DNA of 64,000 bases, from positions 3,319,320 through 3,383,319 of the forward strand of contig CAJINV010000004.1 of the NCBI GenBank assembly GCA_905178155.1, written 5' to 3'. This stretch comes from Amoebophrya sp. A120 (lineage: Eukaryota; Protista; Dinoflagellata). How positions within the stretch are numbered: position 1 is the first letter of the stretch; every line of letters starts with the position of its first letter. The notes under the pieces were generated by a model. That model saw only the letters and a list, made by a program, of their open reading frames with translations, made no database searches and was not told the origin of the DNA. Positions 50,337 through 61,600 of this stretch are shown here, piece by piece. The position numbers and the translations under genes are program-made.

Positions 50337-53300
50337 TCAAACTTCATGCCTGCAGGTCGGACACACTTTGTTTACCCGAAGCCACTGGTCCACGCAGTGC
50401 GTGTGGAAAAAGTGCAAACAGGGCAACGTCCGCACCTCCACGCACTCCGGCGCTTCGCCCGTCTCCAAGTCTGGCTCGAAGTATATGCACTGCAAAACCA
50501 AAAGCATCGTACTCGTATTGCAATCATGCATTACAATCCCTTTTCTTAGGGTAAATCCGCATTAGAAATCTCAGCTCTCATGCTGAGGAAATTTGTAATG
50601 CATATTTATACGAGTGCGATACTTTTGCAGTGCATAAAGTAGCCCTCCAGGCAAATCCGACACGTCCTATCGTCTTCGGCGAGGTTGTCGTATCAACTGC
50701 AAAAATGTCTGGGTCTGGGAGATTGCGAGATTTGTCATGCTAGTCTGGCATGATTCGAGAATCTGTATTGCACAAGCACGAAAGAGCCCTCTTAACTGTC
50801 ATGCGAAAAAACAGTTTGCCATGCGGAATACATAAGACATGGCAGCCACAAAATTTGTCATGCGTAACTGCGTATTGCGCCGCGTCTATCATTCACTTGT
50901 AGCATTACAAGTCTCCCGACCCAGACATATTTGCAATGCATATGTCGGTTGCGCGAACCATTCTCCGCGGCAACGCCGTGATCTCCTCGTGCGTGGCTTC
51001 CTTCGCCTTCGTCTCCTCGTGCTCCTGGATTGCAGAAAGGAGCGCGTATCCTTTGTAAAAACGTCCCCACCCCAGAGATGTCATGCAGATTTGCAATGAC
51101 AGGAACGCTTGTAATGCGCATCGCCACGAGGGGCATTTCTAGTCGTGTTTTGGCATTTGTAATGCTGTAAATAGGATAAGCAGATGGATTCCTGATGCCG
51201 CTGGCCTTGCTAACCTGCACAACGGTACGGACTGCAACTTGTCATGCGTGGCTCCCAAAACTTCTGGATTTGTGTTGCTAAGTTCCCAACTTGACTCTGG
51301 TGTGGGGACGTTTTTACTCAGGATAGCGCGTGTAAGGGGATCAGGCGGGGCTGGCCGCGGGACGAGGTAGAAGTACTACTAGAGGCTGATGATGACCACG
51401 CGCCACCACGAGCACCGGGATCATGATCGGCATGACCAGTGGAGCCACTACTGCTACCGGCACCACCAGTGGACGACGTCGTGTCGACATGACCTCCCGA
51501 CGAAGTCGATGACGCACCGTCCATCCCCGGAATCGAGCGCAGCTCCACCATGGGGCCCCGGATCTTCTGCATTTCCCGAGGGTCGATCGGCTCCCCGGCC
51601 TCGGGGATAGAGTGGATCACGTGTCGCCGCTCATAGGGGTTGGTCGGGACCATCTGCCCACAGACGCACAGAACCAGCTCCGTTTCCGCCTTTTTGTAGC
51701 GCAGGGTCTGCTTGCAGGCGAAACACGTGACAAACCGGGAGTTCTTTTTGTTCATCAATGCTATCATGTCTGCCTGCGAAAAATCATCTATCCCAGGAAA
51801 AAACTGTTACAGTTACACATTTGTAGTCAGTTCAGCAACACAAATTTCTCTGCATGAGAGAGAAAACTTGTAATGCAGAAATCCTACGGGAAAACACCTA
51901 TGAAACGAGGCCTCTATGCGTATCCGGCATGACAGAGTTGGTCTGTCTTGCTTTGGCCTGCAACACAATGTGTTACTGTAACACTTTTTTCTTGCGATAT
52001 CATCGTCGTCGTGCCGACTGAGGTACTCCACCATGTCATCCTGAGGAAACACTTAGTACCCACCCCAAAGCTGTGATGCGAATTTGCATGCTAATGTATG
52101 ATGTTTCTGTATGCGGCTCCTCATGGGAGGCGTAGTTTTCTATCAAGCTCGTGGCGTTCTTTGGGAATCTGTCAACATGCTCAACCTCAATCATCATTCG
52201 CCTTTGTTCCTACAAAGGCGTCGACTGGACTTGCAAGCTGTTTTTCTAACAGCTGTCCGCGCTTGTTTGCCTGCTTTCCACCAACGCACCCCGTTGGCGG
52301 TGCTTGTGCGTGCTTGTTGCAGTTCCCCGCTAGCTTACGCTACTACCTGATTGGAATTTGTGAAGCGCCCCAAGGAGCAGACTCAATGTCTGTGCTACAG
52401 CGAGTTGTTGGTCACTAGCTTCTTATCATGAGGAGCCTTAATGCCGATCGTGGGGAACGAGGAGGAGCGTGCAGGTGTGTGAACATGTCACCTGGTGATG
52501 ATCCTAACCAGCCGAGATCTTTCCGGCCGCCATGTTGAACTTCGAGTGGAGACCTGCGGCAATGATCTCGCGTGAGAACCTAAGACCTTGTGATCAGAGA
52601 TTGATCTTCTGCTGGTTGTAACAACCAATCCAAGACCCGGCAAGCAGAACTAGAGCGGCGGATCTGGGAGCTTTTCCCTTGATCTATCGTGATCTCGTCA
52701 GATCATCTTCAAAGCAAAGCAAGTGGAAATCTAAGCGATTTCTACAAACAGAAACAGCCATACGTGACCCGTTTGACAAAGTTGCCCCGACCCAACTTCT
52801 GCCAGCTTCTGCTGCAGCCTAAGCTCTGGCTGCAACTTGTGCTGCGTTTTCCGGAGTTGCGTGCAGCTACCGCTGCAGCAACATCTGCCGACTGCAACAC
52901 CCTGGAGGTCGCTGCTGCGCCACCATATTTGTGTTGCTACTTCTACTTTCATGTCTCGCACTCGCTACAACATACGTCATCGACGAATGTTGTGCGAGGG
53001 GACTTTTGCCCTTTCCAGCGCCATGCGCTGTTCTGGCACTCCAAGTGCGGCATAGCCACACAGGGAGGCGACTACAGCCCTGAGTATGGGTGGCTCGTCC
53101 GCTGCTCTAGTGCAAAGACATATACGGGGGGAAGGGGGCTAGTAGTTCTTACCTTTCCCGCTGGGGGAATGGTTGGGCTCATAACTCTGTGGACGTCTCA
53201 AGCGTCAGGGACTGGGCATGCTCACTAGCATGCTGTCCGAAGATAGAGAACAGAGTTACTATCTAGGCACCTACCTAGTAGGTACTACGGAGAGAAAGGG

Positions 53301-54547
53301 CTCTTGATTCATTCCAGCTACTGGCCCGTAGACCAGAAGCCATTCTGGCACTGTTGTGTGTACGTTGTTACCATTGGTATGATTATCATCATCACCATCC
53401 TAGTGGTGTACTGTCCTGTGTGACCCATGTGGTCCTAGTGATCCTACTCGTGTGACCCCTCTAGGCTATTGCTAGATCTTCTACCTATCGGTGTACTTTG
53501 ATCCTACATCTCTGATCTCATTGATCTCAGGAGCATGCTGGCAACTGCTCTAGTCCGAGACAGGTTGCTGCGCAATAAACCTACTGGCGTTCTTTGGGAA
53601 TCTGTCAACATGCGCGAATCACCACAACAGCGCAGATTGGAGGTGATGCGTCCGGACAACTAGCAGGGCCCGACTACTTACACTGCACAGCGAAATTTGT
53701 CATGCGTGAATCGTCACTTGTCTTGCAGTTCTCTTCCCATCTCGACTTTGGGGTAGTGGGAAGGACGTAGTAGTTTTTACACAGGATACATCGCCTGCGT
53801 TTGCTGTTCCTTGTACTTGTTCGACCGTAGATTGCGCAAGGCCTGCAGCTGTTCTTTCGCTTTGTCTCCGGATGAGGTCGCACCTGGTGCGCCATTTATA
53901 GAGGTGGTCGGACTGTTGTTTCCATTCAAAATCTCTGCCAACACCTGGTCTTGCTTCTTTTTCAGCAAGGTGCCCTCAAAAAACGTGCATGATGCAGAAC
54001 CGAGATAATTCCTATCTGGCTGCTGCTTCGTCAAGCACCTTTGCAGGTACTGGAGGTCCTTTTCTGCCTCCGCTTTCCCCCGCAGCCAGACGCAGGTGTC
54101 ATTTTCCTTCAGCGTGAACCCCAGCAGGTGGAGCAGGGCTTCCAATTTTTTCGATCTTCTCGTCATCATATCGCTGGAGTTCTCGTCCGAAGGAGAAGCA
54201 GCGGGAGCAAGATCTCTATTTGATGTTTGGCGCTCCTGGCGGTCGTGCAACATGATCTGCAACGCGCTAGAATCTTCATTTTTCTGCTCCTCGTAGATCT
54301 CCTCCTGTAAAAACAACAGCGGCTCCAACTTCTGCTGCAGAGTGGCGTTGCCTGGCCGCAGCCGGCGAAACTTGTCGTTGTTGGGGTCACGCACCACGTT
54401 GGAGAGCAGTTTCTGTACCGTTTCTAAGGCGATGAGCGCTGCGATGAGAGGAGTAGAGGTTGTACTTACAGGGGATGAATTTCTTTTGCTTATGTCCTGT
54501 TCAGCAAGGACACAACTTCGGGCCAACCGGTCCACCAATGCCTGCAT
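50337..54547 (-). CDS. PUB-domain + zinc-ribbon + RING-H2 protein (putative p97-associated E3 ligase), 6 exons
   Basis: PUB-like [37 protein letters not shown]; CFACKQ..CVCGQ; RING-H2 CRICLEGY|[27 protein letters not shown]; ..TQAM|VEYLSR.. joins across 52037-53788. Confidence 0.75.
50484..50636. mobile_element. Introner family B
   Basis: Family B TIRs; TSD aagta. Confidence 0.92.
50691..50942. mobile_element. Introner family C
   Basis: Family C TIRs; TSD tgtcg. Confidence 0.92.
51047..51325. mobile_element. Introner family E
   Basis: TIR tatcctttgtaaaaacgtccccaccccagag / ctctggtgtggggacgtttttactcaggata; TSD gcgcg. Confidence 0.92.
51789..51999. mobile_element. Introner family D
   Basis: tatcccaggaaaaaactgttacagt..actgtaacactttttt cttgcgata; TSD tcatc. 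Confidence 0.92.
52037..53788. mobile_element. Expanded, diverged family E introner carrying a 1.4-kb nested insertion
   Basis: Ends catcctgaggaaac..cccaccccaaag and ctttggggtagtggg..tttttacacaggata; TSD catgt/catcg; 29-bp direct repeat at 52152-52180 and 53585-53613. Confidence 0.75.
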
Positions 54548-55610
54548 GATGTAATGATGGAACAAGTGGTACTTGCTGAAACGAACCAAGATCGGCTACT
54601 TATCAGATGCTCTTCTTTCTTCTTTCTTCGCGGATCGAGCATCAAGTCCATGCACGTTTTGTTTTTATCGCAAACTAAATCGAGAAGAAGCAAATGGCAC
54701 TTATCAGTCGTGCATTTTGCAGTTTTTTTTGCGGAGACAATTCCAGCATTTTAATTTTTGTGTGTGAGAAACAATAAAAGCGTAAGCGATGCGCTCCGGC
54801 TCCTTGACGATCACGCTGGGGTGCGCAAAGATTAATTTGCTTGACTGGTAAAAAAATCTAAAACTAAATCGGGTTCGCCGGGGTTATCTCAAAAAAGAAG
54901 AATTCCTAGCATGGGGAAATATCAAGTCAGATGTGATGAACTGCGGGGATTTTTTCTTGTAAGTGATTACAATGTGCGCTGATGAAGGAGACATTAGCGC
55001 GACGCCTCACGATATCGGAAGCGCCAAGAATCACAACGATACTGCTGGTGCTGTGGTAAAAACTCTTTTGATAATCCAAATTATTTCAGGACGCCTCGCG
55101 CCCGTTTTCAAGAATGCCCGCGTTTTATTCTTTTTTGCGATCGCTCGTCGACGATCAAGGTGATGGCATCTTTCTCCTTTCCAATCTCCTCGATTTTCTT
55201 TGTGAATCACTTTCATACTTGATACTACGAAAAAAAAACTTCAACCGAGTGAAATCTTAGCAACCTAGTCACGATTTGGCGTTTTTGTTCGCAAATTGAC
55301 CACTCCCCGTTGTTTCCTAGGCATACGTTTTTGGCTCGAACAGAATGGTCCTTACTCTGCTCGAGAGCAGACACAGATTGAAGTACAGCTAGAACACTTT
55401 GGTTTTGTTGCCCTCCACAAAAAGCTAGTACTTATCGGTGACACATATTAACCCGCCGCCTGAGGCGGCTACCGAACAAAAGTTGTGATGCGGTCTCCTG
55501 GTGAGTAGAAGTAAACGACTACGCGCGCCACCTACTTTCGCAGACGAGTTTTCATGACAGGAGTACTGGTCGTGAATAGAACAATGGGTTGCTGTTGTTC
55601 ATCTTCTTCT

Positions 55611-58600
55611 TCACTTCGCCCCGGTCTGAATGATTTGACACAGCTCGCCGATATTGTTTGCCTTGATCGCCTGGCGACAGGCCTGCACGTATCAAAATGA
55701 AAAATCCCCCTCCCCATATCAAAACGAAATTTCCGATGCTGGATTTGTGTACACGACAAATGCGTTTTGTATTGCAGGAAGGCATTGCGGCCAGATACTC
55801 AGCCTAGGTAGAGGCGTCTCGGTCTAGCTGTTCAGAATGGCAAACGGCAACGGCTCCCCTTTAGGCCCAACAGCATGACAAATCGCTTCCATCATGGGGC
55901 GGAAGCTTCTGCCCTTGTCATCTTGCAAAAAAAATGTGATTTCTGACCTCAAATCAGCAGCACAAACTTTCGGAAACATCCCTTTTCAATATGGGGAGGG
56001 GGAGATTTTCCTTTCCATAGCACGGTGCGGGACTTGGCGGAGCCGCACCGAAGCCGCCCGGCGTTCTGCAGTGCTTGATTCACCTTTTTCAAATGGGACA
56101 GAAGCTCTTGGTAGTTCCCCGCGCGCTTTGTGTGTTCCGCAATCATGTCCCCATTGGTGTTCTGCAGCACCTGGTACGCCCGTCGCAGGTTCTTCATGTC
56201 CGCCAGAATGCGGTAGTCCTCCGCCTTCACTACCAACGCCTTTACCAGGTTCTATGGAATGCAAATATCCCTGGATGTCTGGAAGGTTGCAACTTGTGAA
56301 GCTGTCCTTGGAAGCTAAAAAAATCTGTATTGCTTGACCAGCAAGAGGAGTTCAGTTTGTGCTAAGCGGAGTGGGCATTTCTCATGCGGAGTACGCATCA
56401 GAAGGCCCCTTAAAAATCTGTGATGCTAGGGCATGCATCACAGGCATCAGGAGTCATGCAAAATATGCACGACAAACCTGGCAATCCCAATCTTCCAGAC
56501 CCAGATATAGGTATTTGCAATCCATAGGTTCGAAGAGTCCGCAATTTCCGCCGTCAGTTTCAGCCGCGTGGCGTTGTATCAAGAGGAAGAATCCGCCCTC
56601 CCCATATTGAAACGGAAATTTCTGTTGCTGCATTTGTGTACACAAATCAGCTCTGTATTGCAGTGAGGCACTGCAGGCAAAGCCTAAGCCTGCTTAGAGG
56701 TGTTTTGGTGTAGGTGCTTAGCATTGCAGAGGCCTGCCATGTAGGCGCAGCAGCATTACAAATCGCCTGCATAGAAAGGCGGATTCTTTGGATTTGCCCC
56801 CCTGCAAGAGAGACAGGATTTGTGGTCTCAAATCAGCATCACAATTTTTTAGATAAAGCATACTCTTTCAGTATGGGGAGGAGGGATTTTTCCTCACAAT
56901 ACGTTGTGGCCCTCGACTTGCTTCAAAATCCTGGTGTATCCTGTGCAAAAGTATCGTACTCGTATTGCAATCATGCATTACAAATCCTTCTGTTTAGGTA
57001 AATCCGCATTACAAATTTTATTTCTCATGCTGAGGAAATTTGTAATGCATTTATACGAGTACGATACTTTTGCAGTTCATATGGTGAGCTCCTCCAGTTC
57101 CGAGGGAAAGTGCGCCGCAGCATCCAGCTCCTTCACCTGATTTAGTTTTAGATTTTCATTTTGAACATATTCATAATAATCTGCGACGCATAAAGTGCCA
57201 GGTGCAAAGTGCCTGTCTTCCTTGCAGAGCAGGTCAGTGAGGGCGATTATATATACGCCTGTTCGGGGTTAGAGATATTAGAGCTGCTACAGTAGCATGA
57301 CAAAAGATGTGCTCTTTGCAAAACAGCATGACATCAAACTGGATCGATGGAGGCGCCACTAAAATTCGTCATGCTCCAGTTAGGAATTGGCCTACCACCT
57401 GGATCTTGGCGTCGATTTTCTGCATCACAAATTATTTTAAGTATGTCGATTCTGACACTGACGCTTCCATATCATAACGATAGCCATAGCCTGTAGTACC
57501 TGTAAATGCTGCGTGAGGTCCTCTATAATCTCGGCCGCCAATATCCCACGAAAAAGTGTTACAGTTACACATGTGTTGTCAATTCAGCAACACAAATCTT
57601 CTCTGCATGAGAGGGAGAACTTGCAATGCACAGACCATAAGGCAAAACACAGATGAAATGAAGCTCGGATGCAGTTCTGGCATGCCAGAGGTTGTCTATC
57701 ATGCTGGGCTTGCAACGCAATGTGTAACTGTAACACTTTTTTCTCGTGATAGCCAACTCCAGGTCGTCGGTGCAGGCGACGAACTGGAGCTCGTGTCCTT
57801 AGTAAAAAAGTCCCCACCCCACAGTCAAGTTGCAAACTCTGCAACACAAATCCGGGAGTTTTGGCAGCCATGCATGACAAGTTCGTCTTTGTAGTGTAGT
57901 GCAGGTATTACGAATTCCAAAACAGGATTGGAAATCTTCAATGCTTCTCATGTAGATGCGCATTTAGAAATGTTCCTGTCATTGCAAATCTGCATGACAA
58001 CTCTGGTGTGGGGACGTTTTTGCTCAGGATAGCTCGTTGCGGTTGTTCGGGCTGTCGGAGGTTTCCAGCAAGAGCGCCGTTTGCTTCCGTAGGGAAACAA
58101 ACTGGCACTGCAGGTGCGCGTTGGAGTTGCTCGGGTTCGGGTTCTATCCTGTGCAGAAGTACTATCGTACTCGTAGTAATTGCAGTTATGCATTACAAAT
58201 CTTTTTCCTAAGGTCAATCAGCATTACCAATTCCATTTCTCATGCTGAGGAAATTTGTATTGCGATTTATACTAGTACGATACTTTTGCAGTTCATAGGT
58301 TCTTTGCGTTGATAAAATTCTTTGCGAGCCATTGCCAGATGCGGCTCGCGGTTATCCAGGAAAAAAACTGCGTGAGTGTAAGTTTCTTGGAGGAATAGCA
58401 TCACAAGCTTGCTCTGCATGACACAGAAAACCTGTCATGCGCAGCTAGAACGTGAAAACACGTACGAAAGTTGCTTCTGATGCATGTCCAGCATGACAGG
58501 TGTAACAGTTTTGCATTTTCTGCAACACAAAGTTACACTAACACAGTTTTTTTCTTGGATAGCAGTGACGGGAAGAACAATCTTCACGTTGCCGGCGGGC

Positions 58601-61600
58601 CGGCGTAGCTTCCCCTCGGTGACGAAGTGAAACATGGAGAACTATCCTGTGCAAAAACGAGTGGTCCTCACCAAACTGCTAATAGCTGTCATGCAAAATA
58701 ATTTTATCTGCATGCTTGAAATGTCTCTCTTCATGCGGAGCCCGATGTTGTTGACGCGCAATTTCTAGTGCTGTTTTGAAATTCGCGATGCTCGAATCTT
58801 CAGCATGAGAAGCTAGTAGATCTGTGACGCTGCTGCACTAGCTCAACGCGATTGAGTACAACATTCCGAACCCAAACTTGATGTCAGGCGCAAGAGCAGC
58901 CAAAGCTCCCTGTTGATTTGATTTGCAGATAATTTCCAACTTGACACCTATGGGGTGGGCAAGTAGTTTTTGCACAGGATAAGAACTTGGGCAGCATCAC
59001 CGTCTGCTCAAAGGTGTGGTACTGCTCTGACGTGGCGGACACGCCACAGTAGCAGTGGATCTTCATGTGGATTTCCGCGTTCTTGGTCGCACTGATGGAA
59101 ACGGAGTTTTCGTTTTTCGCGGGCGCGAAGTGCGTCAACTGCGCCTCCTGGTCCTCAAAGAGGTGTTCCGCGTAGATCACGCACCCGCGGATCACGCTGT
59201 AGTTGTTCGTGGCTAAGCGAAGCCGCATATCGTATGTAAAAACGTTCCCACCCCAGAGTCACGATGGTGATTTTATTGCTACACAAATCAACAAGTTTTG
59301 GCTGTTTCGCATGACAAGTTTAGACTCGTAGCGTAGTGCTGTTTGAGGTAGTGCAGCCGCATGACAAATGGACTACCTTATCCTGATTCCAGCATCACAA
59401 ACTTCCAGATTGATAGCATGAGAAAATGTCTCTCATGGGGCTGCGCATAAGAAAAATTTTAGTAGGTAAGTATGCCATTTTGCAATACAACTCTGGGGTG
59501 GGGACGTTTTTACACAGGATACCGCAGCCCGTCGGGGCTGGTTTCCAAACTGACCTGCAGCTTGGTGTCCGTGGGGATCAGACCCGCGCGCCCCCCGGAC
59601 TCCTTCATCTGACGGATCTGCTCCTGAGATATGCAATACAAATTTCCCGTACATGTACAAGATGCATCACACCACTTTGGGGTGTAAAACTTGTCATGCT
59701 AAACTAGGAAAGAAGACAAGTTCTGCCAAGCAGAGACCGCATTTGTACGTGAACGGGAAATTTACTGTGGATATGAGAATCGAGAATACAATTTGTAGAG
59801 TTAAAGCTTTTGGTATCACTAAGAATGATCTTGCAGGATCATAAGAAAAACAAATTCAGAATAGATTTTGCAGCGATGTAGACCACGAGAGTTGACGAGA
59901 GAAGCGAAATCAAAAACAAACCACAGAAGAGCAAAAAAGAAACAGATACGTCGAAGCTTTTCAGCTCGTTCTGCAGGTCTTGTCTTTCCGCGAGCATCGC
60001 ACGATACGCCTCGTTGTCCTCCTCGGTTTTCGTGTCTGCCGTCACGAGACCCATGTTTTTCTCCGCTTTTTTCTTTTTTTCCATCGATTTGGCCGCCGCG
60101 GACGAGGCACTGGCCCCGCTGGCCGCGGCCTGCTGCTGCTCCGCTAGAAACCCGTGCACCTCGCCGGTATTCGTGATCGCGATGATGTTTGGCATGCCGT
60201 CGTTTCGGTACCTGCCGATCACCAGTGAGGACATGTTGTTCGCCGCCAGCGTCTCCTTGAACAGGATTTCGCCCGTCATCTGGTTTCGGACCTCCACCTT
60301 CCCGGTCGACCACCCTATCACAACGTGCCGAATCCCGCCCGAGGCGCCCTCCAGCAGCTTCAGCCCCCGGACCTCGTTCTTCGCCGCCACCCGCCAGAGC
60401 CTCTGCGCCCAGTTCCCGCCCGCCTGAGACATGGCCAGACTGGAGCTGGAGGCCGAGGATCCGCCCTGGACCATTTTGTAGACGCCGACAGTGCCGTTTT
60501 TCAAGGCATAGGCGAACATGGTGGAGGAGATGCACTCGAGGTGGGTGACAATGTCCACCTCGGTTAGGGGGCTGCCCACGGAGGAGCAGGAACCTGGTTT
60601 AGAAGTTGATGTATCAATCTTGAAGGATCTTGTTTTACGCAGATTGAGAATCCTTTGCAAGTCTACACTAAACTCGGCAATCTATGATCGCTCATTTGTG
60701 AATCGAATCTCGTCCTCCGGGAGCTGTGCAGTGCTGAAGAAGCTAATGCTCATCTACATCAACATCTTGTAATCCGATGCATGACAACGATTTTCATGTA
60801 GTTCTCTGTACCTCCCCGTAGCGAAAACGCTGCGAGCTCGTTGTCCTCCGTGGCGACGAGCGTATGAGAAGGAACAACTCCGCCTGATACTCCCTAGAGG
60901 CATCTAGTTTCACAAGAAGCGAATCAAAGAAAAAAGCGCATACGCGTTCGCGTCGGGTCACTGCATAGCTCGACATCCGATCTACATAATTTGCACTTGC
61001 ACTTCCTTGTGCCATAATGAGAAACGCGAATGAGGATCAGTACATCTAGTTGTACAACTAGATCACACTCATAAAGAAAATCCGCGATGCAATCCGGTCC
61101 TTCTGCGAAGGCCACCGCCGACACCGTGTCGCCGACCACGGACCAGAACAGCTCTGACCCCTCCTGATCGAACCCCTGGACGCTGCAGTGCCCGCCGACG
61201 AGGCACACGGGGCCAAACGGCTCGCGCCGCCCGAACCGGAGACGGGTGCAACCATCGTATCCTGTGCAAAAGTATCGCACTCGTAGTAATCGCAATTACG
61301 CATGACAAATCGCCTTCCTAAGCTAAAACAGCATGACACATTCCGTTTGTCATGCTAAGGATCTTTGTAATGCAATTTCTACTAGTACGATACTTTTGCA
61401 TTTCATACGTCGGTAACTTCCTTCATGAACAGCTCAGAATTGTCCTCGATGTCGTACCTGGTGTTGAAAAGCGAGCGAGAGAATGTTTGTCATGCAAAAA
61501 TGAAATGGCACGCCCAAGCTCTCATGCATGACAACCAACATCAAATCGTTTTGGGCTAGAAACAATAAAACAAGCCTTAGTAAACTAGTATACGCCATGA

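Noticed and set aside
52152-52180. tRNA primer-binding site or LTR element (TGGCG start)
   Set aside because: The complement is 2 nt short for a tRNA T-arm plus acceptor stem; no LTR pair or pol ORF
55326-55340. Dinoflagellate spliced-leader relic (ttttggctc)
   Set aside because: Only a 9-nt match and on the strand opposite to the genes
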